A stretch of 56,730 nt of DNA from Octopus bimaculoides (Eukaryota), in contig NC_068981.1 of NCBI RefSeq assembly GCF_001194135.2, positions 123,402,793 to 123,459,522 of the forward strand, read 5' to 3'. The stretch's first letter is position 1; every line of letters begins with the position of its first letter. Both the position numbers and the translations under genes were made by a program. This document shows positions 36,680 through 52,178 of the stretch, in pieces. The notes under the pieces are model-generated. The model did not search any database, was not told the origin of the DNA, and was given only the letters and a program-made list of their open reading frames with translations.

Positions 36680-37529
36680 TTGTGTTTTGTGGGGTGAATG
36701 CATATATACATATGTATATAAATATACACACGTATACATATACATAGGTATATGTATGTTTACAATCAAGTATCTATATGCAGCTACAATGATATAAAAG
36801 TAAAATTGCACAAGCCACCCACCTAACAAACTACAAACAGAAGGTACATTAGTTAAAGAAAGTATGCATCCATCATTAAAATAAATAAACCTCCGTAGGA
36901 GACAACATGCATCGTAGTGAACTACATTACAAAGGAATAATAATGGAAAACCCTTCTCATCAACAATCTAGCGTGTCCTAGGACGTAATGCAGACAAATT
37001 ATGATATATTAATCTGAACGTAAACTTGAAAGTTGTGAATTTATCTTCACTGTTGCATCGGAGACACATTTACGAAGCGTTGTTGTCGGTTGATCATATA
37101 TTTACCCGGCATTTACACATTGTATATAATACTGTGCATGTCAAACCTAAGAGAGAAATATATAGGCTGACAGTTCTAACATTGTACATAGAATTCCAGA
37201 AACAAAAGCAAAGAAAAAACGAGAGAAGGTGTGCATATGCTTTATTCATAAAATTCTAATCAATGCTCAACACATCGACAACAGAGATTAAATAAACGAT
37301 AAAGCCACCCGTATTTGACCACTGGATAATTTTAAATCTGGCGATGGCGATTTTATGCCGTGCAGTTCCATTTGCATGATCCTGTGCTACCTACTATAAA
37401 GCACGCAAACAGCATACAATTACTACAGCATTATCACTATCAATGCAAATTTTATACGTATAAGAATATATATATGTACACCCACAAAGAGGCGTACATA
37501 TGCACATACACATAGATAAATAGATAGAT

Positions 37530-37535
37530 AGAGAT

Positions 37536-37580
<45 letters not shown>
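37530..37580. repeat. (GATA)/(GACA)n microsatellite
   Basis: Read directly; a similar compound tract lies at 43005-43175. Confidence 0.95.
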
Positions 37581-37587
<7 letters not shown>

Positions 37588-37849
37588 ACGGAAAACGTTA
37601 ACGCAAAATGCTGAATAATAAAATATGATTATGGAAAAACAAACGTGCAGAAAATGATATAATATTGTAAAATCGAATTTTTTGCAGAAAATATAATTTT
37701 TTCACTAACCAATTAAACAACATCTACCTGTTGTTTTTTTTTTATTACTTTTGACCAACAAAACCTGCAAAGGCATCTTTTCCATTACTCTTTCACATTA
37801 TGTAACTTCAATCTTTTTGAGAGAATGTCTTCCAGATATTATCTTCCAA

Positions 37850-38250
37850 TGGGGTTTGATGAGGTGGCCAGAACAGTTTGATACGGGATAAGGAAAACAA
37901 AACCAACAGAAGATCTCCACTATATTAAGACCAACAGGTCAAAGAAATTTTGGTAGAACTAAAAATTAAAATACTCACCAAATGAAACACAAACGGCTAG
38001 AGTTTTTTTGTGTAAGACATCATGAGAAAAATATACTCTATTTTGGAAATCAAGTGGCCCCTGAACAATAATATGGTTAGAAAAATACAAGATTAGGAGG
38101 ATATCTCAAAAAGCTGGATAAAGAGTTTGAAAATTAAGTACCCAAGATACATACCTAATATTATTGTAGAAAAAGGTTGCATACCAACCTGTACGGAACG
38201 AAGAACGGTTGAACTTTGTACCAGACAGGTGACCGGTCAAAATAAACACT
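37850..38250 (+). mobile_element. Possible CR1/L2-type LINE ORF2 remnant
   Basis: Weak: YSILEIKWP...PTCTERRTVEL echoes RPILEY..VW.P...LPTLE.RR...DL. Confidence 0.3.
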
Positions 38251-38703
38251 AAATTAAAAAGAGAAAGAGAACATACATATATATACATATGTATGTATTA
38301 TGTATTATGTATTATGTATGTATGTATGTATTTATGTATCAGTATGTGCGTGTATGTGTAAGTTTGTGTGTGTGTGCGTGCGCGCATCGAAATGATCCAT
38401 CTTTGCACTTCTTTCCTTTAACATCTCATACGTAAGATCTCTTCCCCGAAGACAGATGCTCGTCTCATCCTACGATGGAATCAATCTACGAATATTATCA
38501 TGGACCACCGAGCTCTCAGAAACAGCTGTTGGATTTGTAATACTGTTCCTCATCCCCTTTTATTATCTATATCATGTATACCATTTATACTTTGTATACG
38601 TTAGACATTTTTATATGTATAGATATATGCAATCTTTTGTATTTCGTATATTTAATATACTTTATATATTGATCTGTCTAACTTGCTTATCCGTACATTT
38701 ACT

Positions 38704-38751
<48 letters not shown>

Positions 38752-39135
38752 NNNNNNNNNNNNNNNNNNNNNNNNNNNNNNNNNNNNNNNNNNNNNNNNN
38801 NNNNNNNNNNNNNNNNNNNNNNNNNNNNNNNNNNNNNNNNNNNNNNNNNNNNNNNNNNNNNNNNNNNNNNNNNNNNNNNNNNNNNNNNNNNNNNNNNNNN
38901 NNNNNNNNNNNNNNNNNNNNNNNNNNNNNNNNNNNNNNNNNNNNNNNNNNNNNNNNNNNNNNNNNNNNNNNNNNNNNNNNNNNNNNNNNNNNNNNNNNNN
39001 NNNNNNNNNNNNNNNNNNNNNNNNNNNNNNNNNNNNNNNNNNNNNNNNNNNNNNNNNNNNNNNNNNNNNNNNNNNNNNNNNNNNNNNNNNNNNNNNNNNN
39101 NNNNNNNNNNNNNNNNNNNNNNNNNNNNNNNNNNN

Positions 39136-39176
<41 letters not shown>

Positions 39177-39925
39177 ATGTTATATCGATATTTGAAACAG
39201 AGATATTTAAAGACGCCGAAATGTTATCAGGCAAAGAAAATGTCTTGTGCGTGAATGATTGGCAACATACAAATAAATTTTGCTACTGCCTATAAATCAT
39301 TGCATAAAACTTGAAGCCGAATTCTTCAGTTTGTTATCATTCTTCAAGAGAGATTAATCGTATTTAACTACACCAGAAAATTGAGAAAACGTGCGTGAAT
39401 TTCTTAACAACAGTGTATTAATACTGAAGCAAATACATCTGCCGAGAATAGAATATTTCGAATACGAATGTACGAAACTCTCAAAGATTATGTAACGATC
39501 TATTTGTATTGACTCACAGAAACTCGTATTGCATTTAAATATTGTTTCAAAATATTCTATCAGAGAACTTCGGTGTCTCTTACCCATATCATTTCATTCT
39601 GTATTTCATGCTTTAGATAAAATACGTTTAATTTTACCAACCGAGTTAATCAGATTGCGAATTATACTCTCAAAAATAGATGCCTTGTTCGTTAGACCGA
39701 GCATTTCCAATGATATAAGTATAGAATATGTCTTTTCTTCACTTTTAACGGTAATACTTCACGTGAAAGAAACTTGTTAAAAATGAAGTGTTAAGAAAGC
39801 TATTGACATTATTGAGTAATTAAGCGCTGAGTATTTACCTGGAGCAGATAAGATCATATCTTTCACTATGAAAGAGTGTCAGTAAAACAGAATTTACACT
39901 TAAAACAAGCCCCTCTTCTAAAGTT

Positions 39926-39963
<38 letters not shown>

Positions 39964-40194
39964 TATAAGTAATTTATTGTATTAACATGAATGCTAGAAA
40001 GCCATATCTTTAAGCTCCACCAACCAATTTCACTACTGATGGAGGAATTCAAAGCTACAAAAGCAAGAGCAATCATCACATTGCTTCTACCTGAGTATGA
40101 GGTCAGAAACAGATGATAAAGTGGGACAAAAAATTGAAACCCCCGAGACCTCTTTCGCTAAAAAAAACCGTAACAGCAAAAAGAATATCCACAT

Positions 40195-40588
40195 ACATAG
40201 GTCTGTGATTAAGAAGCTCGCTTTGCAACCACATAATTCCGGGTTCAATCCCACTACATATGTTTGATGAGTGCTTTCTTCTATAGCCTCCAACCAACGA
40301 ATACCAGTGATGAAATTTAGCTGAAAGAAGCTGCGTGGAAGCCCGTTCTATAACTATGTTTTTGTTTATATGTATGTGTGCATGTCTGTGTATGTTTTCG
40401 TGTATGTGTCTGGCCTCCCATCGCTTGACAATCGGAATTGGTTTGTTTACGTCGCCGTAACTTATCGATTTGGCAAAGGAGGCCGGTAGAATAAGTACCC
40501 GATTTAGTGTTAGACATACACAATTCAAGTCGGGGCCACAGCATTGCTGCCTCTCTAGTGACTTTAAATGGCTTAACGATAAAAGAGA
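40195..40588 (+). mobile_element. SINE family B, full length, diverged
   Basis: Head with B box gggttcaatccc, ttctatagcc, internal GT-rich tract, catcgcttgacaatcgg, gtaactta.cgatttggcaaa. Confidence 0.85.
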
Positions 40589-40789
40589 TTTATAGAGCAA
40601 TAAGCATGTGCACTTAGTATCATTTCAAAAAGAATACTCTTGTATTCTTGTATGTGAATCGTAATAGGGTACAATGTTACCACAAAAGACATTGACAATT
40701 GGTGGTGCAATTAGAGTTACTGGGCGGACGACGGTCACTCTTTTCTATCTTATAGTTCGTCATCAACAAGATCTGCTAGAAAGATACTG

Positions 40790-42270
40790 AACGAAATTGT
40801 TTGATGTTTATGGCGCTAACTGAAAACTCCTCGTAATTTGCTTCTAACTTTCATTGTTAGAGCAGTTAGCCATAAAATCTTGTAGACCTTCCTATATAAA
40901 TTACAACTCTTTAGCAATATTCTTTGCATACAACTTAACTGGCGACTTTAGAACTTCTGTATCCTCAATTCTTTATTATTTTGAGTTTGTTCTTTTTTCT
41001 AACATCATCACGTACTCGTTAGATTAAATAACAACAACTGCAGATCATCCATGACATCATCAATTCCAACATATTTTGTAAGCGTCGAAAGAACGTTCCA
41101 AATGTGATGTAGACTTTCTACTTGCAGGAAATTTGAAAATTCTACTTGCCTGTATACTTTCCTAATTATCTTCCTTTCATACAATCACTCGGCTATATTA
41201 TCTATAGCATTCAATACGTTAAATTTCTCCCAGAAGTCTATAATTGTGGGTTTGTTCTTCCTTTCAATTATTTTTGTAAGTTATTGAAAGTTCCCAAATA
41301 ATATGCCTTGAAATCAGCTATCAAGCTTGCAAGAGCAAAGAAGATGTATACACGGGTATACATTCCACTCTCACATTATTAGAAAGCTAATTTAATTTAA
41401 TTGAGTGGTTGATGCGTTATCTGAGAGGAACAGTGCTTTGTTGGAAATATTATGCCTGACACTATATCCTTCTGCAACATGACAAAAATCTGTTTGTAAA
41501 CTACAATTCGAAAAGATTCTCTGCCAAATCAGAGGCAATTAAAACTTTGCCTATCCCTAGAACGTCCTTAAATTTTTTAAGTAATACACGAGTAGGGAGT
41601 TTGAGCTTTATCACCAGAGATATTTTGTCTTTCAGAAGAAGTGTTAGATAAAGTTTAAAAGTCTTGAATTCCGATGTCAATTTTTCTTCTCGTCCAGCGA
41701 GTGTACATTTCAAGTAAAATGCAACATAGTATACATGTGCCGACCTGTAGCTTTCTTTAGCAATCACTGAATACAATTTGTAGCTTTACTGAAAATTTCT
41801 TCGGTCATTTTTATGATTGCAAACTCAAGTGCTTCTTGAACATTTTAAGCTAACTTTTACTAGCAAGAAAATTATTCTCATTCGACGTTTCACCTTCCTT
41901 TTTTCTGGAAATCATCATGCAAATTTATAACTTTTCTTTTTTAATTACCTTTATCCATGCACCCAAGAGCCATTCCTTTTGTATGCATCACTTTATATCA
42001 AAAATGATGATGCGCAAGTAGTTAATGAAATAAATTTCTAGAGCTCTTAATTTCCTCTCTGTTGTCACGTATTGTTTCCACTATAGACGTTGCAATTGTT
42101 AATGTTTTGGCAATGTTGTTGATTTGTTTCTCTCGCTTCGAGTCTTTTCAAAACATCAATTTTAGTATCCAGAGCAATCCTTTGGCAGCTCCTTTTTGCA
42201 CGACTGCTTTAAGTTCCAAGTAATGGCTTCTTTCTCCACATCTTGTATTGTCAGTAAATCCAATAGCGGT
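40790..42270 (-). mobile_element. Tigger/pogo-like transposase remnant
   Basis: Minus pieces IALDTKIDVLKRLE, NIAKTLTIATSIVETIRDNREEIK, FLASKS*LKMFKKH, REEKLTSEFK...LTLLL, FKAYYL and DFWEKFNVLNAIDNI, in the order expected for Tigger transposases. Confidence 0.8.
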
Positions 42271-43038
42271 GACGATCAGTAATTATCCACAACAAATACG
42301 TTTTAAAAAATAGCCCTGGAAAGAAATTTTTGCAACAATGATAAATTGTTGACTTTTCTCTTTTGAATGTAATACGGGAAATAAGAAAACGAATGAGAGG
42401 AAATACAGTTTCATTACAGATAAATGGAGATTTACCAGGTTCATGGTCACTTTATGGTCACCTTGCACCTCTGACTCGAGCCCTAACAATCCCACATTCT
42501 ACTTACACACAAACACTCACACACTCACACTTCGTTTGACATACTACATATGTAACTAGAAATATTGTTATAATGCTGAGTGTATTATTGGTGCTGACAG
42601 TTGATTATGCAAAATTTGGTGGAGTGTTAGAGTGGTGGAGTTATTTCTATTGATTATGGGGCTAGGGCTGGTCTTTATGGTAGGTGTATGCTTGTAGTGA
42701 TGGTGCTTAAAATACTTCATGTTAATATTTTTGCTGTTTCTGTATAATCTCATATCAGTGTCATTGATCTTATGTTCAAAGACATTCCATTCAACATTTA
42801 CAATACACTGGAATACCATACGCTCTCATGGGAGTGTTTTCAGTCATGAAGGAGTTGATAGGTTTTTAATGCCGATGACTGTATCGGATTTAATATTGAT
42901 GCTGATTGAGTTCTTTCTGATAATGTGATAATACAAAGTATGTATACATGTATGAATGTATAAATAAATGTATACATGTAAATATATAGAACGATAGATA
43001 GCTACATAGATAGATAGATTCATATGGATAAATATTAC

Positions 43039-43083
<45 letters not shown>

Positions 43084-43132
43084 TAGATAGAGAGAGAGAG
43101 AGAGAGAGAGTGAGAGAAGTAGGCAGGCAGGC

Positions 43133-43169
<37 letters not shown>

Positions 43170-44278
43170 TATAGATATTTGGGGAAAAAGGGAACGGTCT
43201 AATGACAAGAGAGTAAGTCTCAAGAGATTCAACCTCCATCAATATTACATTGCATTCAATGCCATCGACTCTTCTATGCGGCATCACCAGAATTTCTCGG
43301 ATACGAGATAAAGCCGCCGCCACAGACGACGACTAGATGCATTCGTAAGACATGTTCATAAACCGCCTGTACTGTGATGTTTTTACTATTTGTTACAATA
43401 TCTTTTTTAACGAACATCATAAAATGCAGTCTCCTTTATACATAAATCAAAAGTAAACTATATTTTAATTTTATATATTCTTTAATAAATTTCGTTTAGA
43501 TTTTGGGTGAAATATAGCGTATTACGTCAATCAATAAAACTCTGTAATATAATCAATTATTTTATAGGATAATGAACTCTGAAGTATCTGGAATGAAAAA
43601 CGAACCGTTACTCATTATCTGGCCAAGCAGCAAATAATAGCCACAATTCTCTCAAATCAAACGTTACTTTCAAAAAAGGACATATACACTAATGTATTCG
43701 TACATTTTGATTTCATCTAAGATGAGCAGCTGATGATGGCTTAACTAATTTCCATCACACTTTTACCCAATGAGGATGGACATGGGGGTTAATCAACAAA
43801 AATTAGAACAGCATAGACAACGCCTCGGAAACAGTTCACCTCCCTTTACTAGAAATCAATGATACAAAATACGGAAAATGGCCACATCAAATACCAGACT
43901 GGTTTACATATGTATCGTTCTATTATTTTCAATGGTTCCTTTCATTTTACCGCTACGAATTTGTTCAAAACATATGTAATATTTGAATGTATATAACGTC
44001 TAATAATAAAGTTGATTACTGCAGATCAATTGAAACTAACTAGTTCACAGACTTACATTGATTTTTTATATACTTACGAAAGAAATCTACATGTGTATTT
44101 CCGTCGTATAGCAGTCATTTCATAGCTGATTGTATTTATATACATCAGCGTATACTTTTCATGTGCATACGCGTGCATATATGTATATAGGATACACCAC
44201 ACCCGCTTTCCCATTTCCCTCTCACATTTGCGCTTTATCACTTGTGTGTGTATATATCTGCTTCTGTGCGTGAGTGCT

Positions 44279-44333
<55 letters not shown>

Positions 44334-44393
44334 ATGTACGATCTTGAATATGTAATATATATATGTGAAACTACGCATATATCTATGCATGCA

Positions 44394-44432
<39 letters not shown>

Positions 44433-45114
44433 TATATGAGTATTTCAGAATTGTAAACCTTGGAACACGATCCAATCCCACACTTAATAAATCTCAGGCT
44501 TCGACGATTATAAGTCAACAGAGAAAATTCTACCAGATCTCTCGACATCCGAGGTACAGAAGCGAAATCTATCTCAATTTAGCCCTACTACCTCTTTCAC
44601 TTTTATAAGAGAAGGACATGTCGGGTAACATAAACCTCGGTTCACACTATCGGACAGAAGGCCGAAATGATCATAGCTATATTCTTTTAGACAATAGATC
44701 CTCGTAGCTGAGGATGATTTATTACTAAACAACAAGATGTAGACTCTATGACGTTCAGCTTCCTCATTATCTATATTAACTCCACCAGAGAAAGTAACTG
44801 GGGAGCTTCAGCTTCCTCGATATATAAACAGAAACTTTTCAAGAAGTCCAAAGCAAATTTCGTTATTTATTTACTCGTTCCTCATGTGGGACTGTAAGGA
44901 TATGTACCGCTACTAAGAGCACAGAAGTACAAAATAGCCTGCTGTTTCTCGAGCCAATATAAATTATTAACTTGTACCAAGCATTCATTGATTTTTTTCT
45001 AGGTGCCTTTGATGTCGCGAGCAGACACGAGCATACTCTTGCTCTCTTCACTATTAAGCCAGCAGCACATCCGGCTTTTGACATTCTGCTGGCATACTTT
45101 TACAATTGATTAGA

Positions 45115-45228
45115 CAGGAGAAACAAAATGACTTGGTCAAAACACAATGTATTGACTGACCGTGGGAACTGATCCCCGCAACCTATGATCATTGGATGAA
45201 TACCCTAACCACTAAAGTACACGCCTTC
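45115..45228 (-). mobile_element. tRNA-derived SINE head fragment
   Basis: gaccgtgggaactgatcccc...ccctaaccact resembles the family C/D head in reverse. Confidence 0.5.
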
Positions 45229-45393
45229 TAAATGGTGCTAAACCAAAATCTACTAGTAAGTGAACCATATAGTGTGTGTCGTAGTTCAAAGGTTCACAAA
45301 TTATGACTCATAAACTTTATGTTTGTCATATTTTCATCTTTGACATAGACGAAAAATGATGTATTTCTAGGTTATTTTCTGTTTTAATTATTT

Positions 45394-45605
45394 GTTTCAA
45401 ATTTTGGCACAATGCCAGCAATTCCGGGGGTGGGGTAAATCGATTACATCGACCCTAGTGTTCAATTGGTTCTTATTTTATCGACCCCGAAATGACGTAA
45501 GGCAAACTGGAACACAGTGGCATTTGATCTCAGAACGAAAAGATCTACAAAATGCCGCTAAGCATTTTGCCCGGCGTACTAAAGATTCTAACAGCTGGCC
45601 TCCTT
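45394..45605 (-). mobile_element. SINE family A
   Basis: gtttcaaattttggcaca...aatcgattacatcgaccc...ctaagcattttgcccggcg. Confidence 0.9.
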
Positions 45606-48599
45606 ATTTTATGTTATAAATATTATACTACTTTTATACTCATAACTGCTTACTGACCTGAAAAAAAAATGATTTTACATATAATTCTAGAAAAACCTGC
45701 TTCTATAAATATATCTATACGCATTTCTGAGCGTAGTTTTTGTTATTGTTTAACCCAATAGTGATCAAACAGGTTTGTTGTATACCAAGGATTACATTGT
45801 TCAATATCTTCTTCGTTTCTAGATCGTTTTGTCGTAGATTTTTTTATAGATATACATGTTATCACTAGCAGACATAAGGACAGCGTAAAGATTCATTCTT
45901 TGCTGATGTGTACGTTTGTTGATATCACTATGCATTAAGATATTGTGTGTATGCGTGCGTGTGATTCTTTGTGCTGATGCATGTGAGCCTGTACTTTTAA
46001 GTATTGTTTGTGCCTGCGGCTATATCATAAATTACAATAGCGATTTGAAATTAAAATGAAATATGAGATATAGGTTACAAGTGCAGAGATATTTTATTTT
46101 CTATTCTGAAGTCGTTAGCATAGAATACAATCACTGAAGAAGTAGCTATAATACATGTTATTTATAACACTGGTTGTCAGACAAAAGTTTTACCAATACT
46201 AATAGAACTCACTACTTTAATACAATAAAAATGGTGATATAACTATGATTTACGCAAAGATACTGTCATGGGTAGTCTACGGGTATTGTTTTATGTAAAT
46301 CAATAGTTTATATTATTTTTCTTTATATTCATTTCATTTGTTTTATTTATTTACTTAATTATATATGGCGAGGCGGTTCAGAAGAAATATTATATTAATT
46401 TAAAACAAGATTCCTCTATATAGCAAATGGAAGATATTGAAAGTGTACTATTGCTGTTTTTGTTTTCTTTCTTTTCCTTAAAATATTAAACATTCTTGCA
46501 CGAAACTTTAATGGAAAATAGGTGAGTTAATGGACTGCTGGTTTTCGTGGGGTTTTACGTTAGGATATCTAATTCTGGAATTTTCTAAGTGAATACTTGT
46601 GTGGTAAAAGGAAAAGAGGAAACCGGCACTATAATCCTTCCTTTATTATATTGTCGATTTTAAATTCAATGTTAGTGGTACATCAAGATAGCAGTTTATT
46701 GAAAAAAAAGCCTTATTCATTATTTTCAGTTGTCACTCATGTTGTTTCTTTAGTAGATGTAACGATTGTTCAATGTTCACTTCTCTGGATTACAGATACA
46801 TCTGGCTTAAAATTATTTTGCTCGCTGCCAAATTATATGTCAAAATGCTTTGTGTACTATATACCAGAGCGCTAGATAAGAAAGAGTTATCATTGTAACT
46901 TGACAAGTGATCATCTATATTTCACTTGCATAAATCTATAGATATCCCATTTGAACATTAGCCCCGTGGAACTGCAAGATTTTTGAAATGATGATATATG
47001 GATATCTAATAAATAGTGTTTGAATATTACTTTTTAGATCAAACAATAGCATGATATATATTAGAGTGTTTTAGATCATCTGTTCATATAGCATTGATAT
47101 AGCTAAGGTAATGTGTATAAATGAAGTAAAATAGGAAAGTTACAAGCAGAAACCTCCTCACAAATATGAGAAAAGTCCCAGAAGAGATTCATAATGAAGT
47201 TTAGTTTCCAAACAAATAGTATCTTATAGATGCGTTTCTTGTAACCACAAAACTACTTAGAATGCTGAGTTGATATATTGACTGTGGTGACGCACATAGT
47301 AGAGGAGTTGACAGAAAATGTTAACAGAAGAAATAATTGCATTCACATATTCAAGTCACTCCTGCTTGAAATGGTAAAAGATAGACAGAAAGCATTGCAG
47401 GACAGTAGGACGTTAATTAAGATAGACTAGCATAGACTGTGGATTTAAATCACAGTACATCTAGAGAAATTAACGCATGGAACCAGCTGAGGTGTTTACA
47501 GAAGAATAATTGTCATGTCCAAGTGCTTTAAATAGATTTCAATATATATAAATGATAATGAGCAAAATTAAATGTTGAATAATATTACTGTTCCTTAATT
47601 TACAAAAAATTGCTAAAAATTAATTTAAAAAATGAACAGACAAACTTCTCTAGTTTCCAATAGAAACAAATAACATAGTGACGCATCCTGCTGTCGATTT
47701 AATAGTTATTTATATTTAGTTTCGTCTTAGCGTTAATGTGGTGAGGTGAATTCATTAAGTTTTTATCACACGCACATTTATAATACTATGTATTTCGAAT
47801 AAGTCAACCTTCATTCCATTAAGAACCATCCTTTTTATAATATGTTTATGTAAATTCTGCTCCAGCGAGAAAGATGTATAACTTAGTTTAACTGTAAGAA
47901 AATAATACTTCTTTTACGCATCTTACTGCTTCCTGTTCTATGTTAAGTGCTTCAGACGACGTAACTTCGTATATAAATTATATCTGTCTTTCAAAATATG
48001 TACATTTCTCACAGTTACCGCATGGGAAGTAAATGTAGTGAATTAATAGAGAAAAAATGCACATTACAGCTTTTAACTCACTCTTTCCCATACAGTCTCT
48101 CTCTTCCTATTTCGTACACCTCTCTTCAATGTATTAAAATATGTTAACACTTCGCCTTTATCGTAGAAATCCAGCGTAGAACATGGTTTCCCGCTATGTT
48201 TTAAGACATGGGAGGATGGTCTTGCATTCCAAACATTCACACAGAGCTAAAATATGCAGCACATATTTTGAATGATTGATTGATTAATACTCTAGCTATT
48301 TATCTCTACATAATAAAGATTCATTTAAAAACCACAAAGCCACACCAAGAAATGTAGAAATGTGATTAATATAAGTCGTTATTATAAGTTTTAATTTAGA
48401 GACACGAATGAAAGTGCTATTTTTATCTCCTCACAGTGTTTTCTTTTTCTTAAATTGCAACATTTGTCAATTCTTTGTTTCCCTTTCCGACGATGACGAT
48501 ATATTCTCGTGTGTCTGTCAACTTGATCTCGTTGCTTGACAAGATTCCGAAATGAAAGAAATCTGTAACAGAGAAGAGAGCTTATTTGCGAAATGTATG

Positions 48600-49200
48600 C
48601 GAGAGTGCGTATGCTTGTGATATGGTGAACTTATATGGAAGGGTCACTTTACTTTGTGATTGTGGTGGTGATTCTATCCTCCAAAGCAGTGATGTCTTTG
48701 TTGGTTTTTTGTTGCTGTTCCTTTTAGTACTATTGTTGCTCTTTGTGCTGTTGGGTTACTGCTATTTTTGTTGCTGATTCTGTTAATGTTGGTACTACTT
48801 TTACGTTAATGTTGCTGTTATAGAGAAAACAGTCTCGCCAAGTGGGCTTTCTTTTCTCTTCGTTTTTTTCTGTAAAAAAAAAGTCTTCGTTGCTTTGTGT
48901 CACCGTTTACATGACGCCAAGCGCTCAACCGCTACGAAGTGTTACAAACCATCTGGCTGTATGACACTGTCCAGAATGACGTCCATGCATTTTTGATTTG
49001 TTATGATCATTAAACTCCATCCCTGCGCCAGAGCCCAACCTTATTTTGCAATGTTCAGATCCTTGCGTGATAAACTAGTTTTTGTGTTGGTCTGCGTAGG
49101 CGAAACTGACAGTAGTTAGTTTCCTAGTCTAACCGACGTGTGAGCGCGCGCTGTTGATCATGTTGGTGTCGTGGTAGAAAGTGGTGCTATTTCTTTTAGT
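48600..49200 (-). mobile_element. Possible highly degenerate ORF1 relative of the 33 kb element
   Basis: C/A-rich minus strand with HFVAVERLASC echoing LHVAVEGRKPRC. Confidence 0.25.
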
Positions 49201-50855
49201 AGCATTGCTCTTATGGAGTTTTACGTGATTTGGGTTCTTTTCATTGGTGTAGTCTTGTTACTGTTGCTGTTTTATTTATTTATTGTGTTGATGCTTTTGG
49301 ATTTAAAGGTCAGGGTCACAGGAGACAATCTCTTGCAGTGAGGAAGAAATACTTGCTTGTAGTAAGGAAGTTTAATAGGTTACTTTCACTTTCAATGTTA
49401 CCGTGAGTCTATGAATCAGCTGCTCAATAGTTAATCATAAATGTATGTAATGTATTCTTTAAGTGATCTATGTTTTCTTTACGCGCTTGAGTTCTTGTTC
49501 TCTTAGTTCATGTAATAATTTGAAAACTCCTGTTTGTTGATACAGCGCTGAGTTAACATTCATAATTGAGATATGCTTAATTGCTCTAGAATTTGCATGT
49601 ATTGACGTTCTGAATATTTCAATGCGGTATTTGGATGTTCTTTAATCCAGCTCACATCCTTTGATATGTAAACTGGATTAAAGAAAACAAAGATTTCGTG
49701 TTGTTTACAAGAACTTAGGCATCATCTAGGCGTTGTCTCCAATCAACATGTCAAACTCACTTTTGTAGTTTTCATATCTAAATCTTCAAAGTACACAAGA
49801 AGAGACTGAACCTTATTAGCAATGGTATTTTTTCTTCCTAGTTTTATTACAGCCCGTTCTTACCATACCTATAGTATGTTTCTACGATTGTGAAGAATGA
49901 TTTACGTTGAAAATTTAGAACATCTGATCTGATGGAGCTATTTCAAATGAACATCACACATCACACTCCATGTTTTCGCAAATATGCCGAATGTTTGTAT
50001 CAGAGAAAGTTCTGCATTCGAAGTTGGAAATGATAAACAGGAAGTAGCTCAGCGGTGACCATACTCAGTCTCTGCAATACGCGAGTGGTAATGACTGAAG
50101 AACAAATTGATTGAAACAATTTATTTTAGAAATTTAAACAAATAAAGTCGAATCATGACAAATAAAATGTTATGAATTTAACCAACTCTCAGAACGGAAT
50201 ATAATCTAAGAATTATATTGCTATTAAGATAACAATACCATCTTACCTATTTGTTGAACTTTACAATTTATTTTCTCTCCTGATGTGAAGTATTCTTCTA
50301 ATTGCTTTTCAAGTGTCTTTATAAACCGTTGTCACTTAGGCTGGGGTTATTGATTATTGCATTTTGCTTGTTTACATTATTTTGCTTTACGTTTGTCATG
50401 GCTGTTTTAAAATTTTCTAACAATGCACTATAGAATTTTAATACACATTTTTTTTTACTTTGAAAGAATATATAATGTTGTAATTGATATTCAAATATGT
50501 TGATAATTAGTACATAAAACATAGGTTCTTTCATAAAAATTCATTTGTTTATTTTCTTTCTTTTATGTATCATTTTATTGGGTTCAGGAAAAGCGTTTCA
50601 AAAGAATATGAAACCTGTGTATAGATATTTTGTTTGGACCTTAGGACAAATGGAAAACCTAGTTATTCCTGTTTTGGGATAATGTGCCGGTATCAATGTT
50701 GCAATAATCATATTTATACATTAAATGCCGACGAATCTCAACTGAAAGGACCTCTATATGTTAACACATACACAATTTTATTGTTTTCTGATTTAAATCT
50801 TTAAGCATTTACAAGTCAATACCACTAACACTGAGGAATATGCATGACATATTCG

Positions 50856-51046
50856 CTTCAAATGTTGGAACAAGGCCAACAATTTTAGCGCAGTGGGGTA
50901 AGTCGATTACATAGGCCCCAGTGATCAACTGGAACTTATTTTATTGACTCTGACAGAATGAAAGGCAAAGCCGGTCTCTAAACACGGACGAAATGCTACT
51001 ACGAATTTTGTCTGGCATGCAAATGATTCTGCTAGTTCGCTGCCTT
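50856..51046 (-). mobile_element. SINE family A with internal deletion
   Basis: ggggtaagtcgattacat...gaatgaaaggcaaag...gattctgctagttcgctgcctt. Confidence 0.85.
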
Positions 51047-51780
51047 ATATGCAAGAAATATTGAAATTTGTTATTTCTAACAGTCCGCTTTAGGGGCCAA
51101 TAAAAATTATAACAGTTAATCAATTAGGTCTTGAATATACAGGAATTGTTTTGAAGACTCTCATAATAGCATGTAAGAATGATAAAGAGTGAAGAGACGA
51201 ATACAGACTCAAGATTTAAAATGGAATTGTGTATATATATATATAAAATGTCGCGCTTTGGTAACTCGAAGGTTTTTTTTTTTTTACTAATGCTTAACAG
51301 CGTAATGAGCTCTAATTCAGAAGACCTATGATTAGATGTAGTTCAGATATAAGCACTTGCTTTCTTTGTTCACTCAGGCAACTGATTACATTATAAGGCT
51401 CAAATCCTCTTAAAAGTCATTAGATATAAAATGCGGTAAATCTGACTGTTCTATGTAGCCATTAGCAGTTCCGTAACCTCTTTTTACAAATCTCATAATT
51501 ATTTCCTTTTAATCTCTTATTTTATATTTTCGTAACTAAGAAAATCTATTATAATTTAATATAGTTATGTGTTCCTGGGCAAATCTTTTACAATTTTATA
51601 ACTATATTAGTTTGCTGGTTACAGTTCTTGAATAGCCATTAGGCAAACATACTGCTTTCAAGGATTTTTGACGATTATACAGGCAAAAATATTACCTTTC
51701 TGGCACATATTTTATTGGAACTGAAAGAAGAGTGAATGAGAAGCAAAGTGGGCTGAATGTAATATTTTCTACTTTAGGTA

Positions 51781-52178
51781 TAAGGCCCGAAATTTTGGGG
51801 GAGGGGGCCAGTCTATTAGATCGACCCCAGTACGCAACTGGTACTTAATTTATCGACCCCGGAAGGATAAAGGAGGAATTTGTACTCAGAACATAAAGAC
51901 AGACGAAATACCGCTAAGCATTTCACCCGGCGTGCTAACGGTTTTTTATTTTTTTTTGCTCACGAGGGGCTAAACATAGAGGGGACAAACAAGGACAGAC
52001 AAAGGGATTAAGTCGATTACATCGACCTCAGTGCATAACTGGTACTTAATTTATCGACCAGAAAGGATGAAAGGTTAAGTCGACCTCGGCGGAATTTGAA
52101 CTCAGAACGTAACAGCAGGCTAAATACCACTAAGCATTTCACCCGGCGTGCTAAAGACATCTGCTAGCTTGCCTCCTT
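51781..52178 (-). mobile_element. Dimeric SINE family A composite, second copy
   Basis: Same two-unit layout and same linker (gctaaacatagaggggacaaac) as 18033-18400. Confidence 0.9.

Noticed and set aside
42560-42900. Possible LINE endonuclease remnant on the minus strand (also 49300-49850)
   Set aside because: Compositionally LINE-like but no convincing catalytic motif by eye.
45003-45109. Plus-strand exon candidate after tttttttctag reading AFDVASRHEHTLALFTIKPAAHPAFDILLAYFYN*
   Set aside because: Only 35 codons, no recognisable motif and no partner exon; expected by chance.
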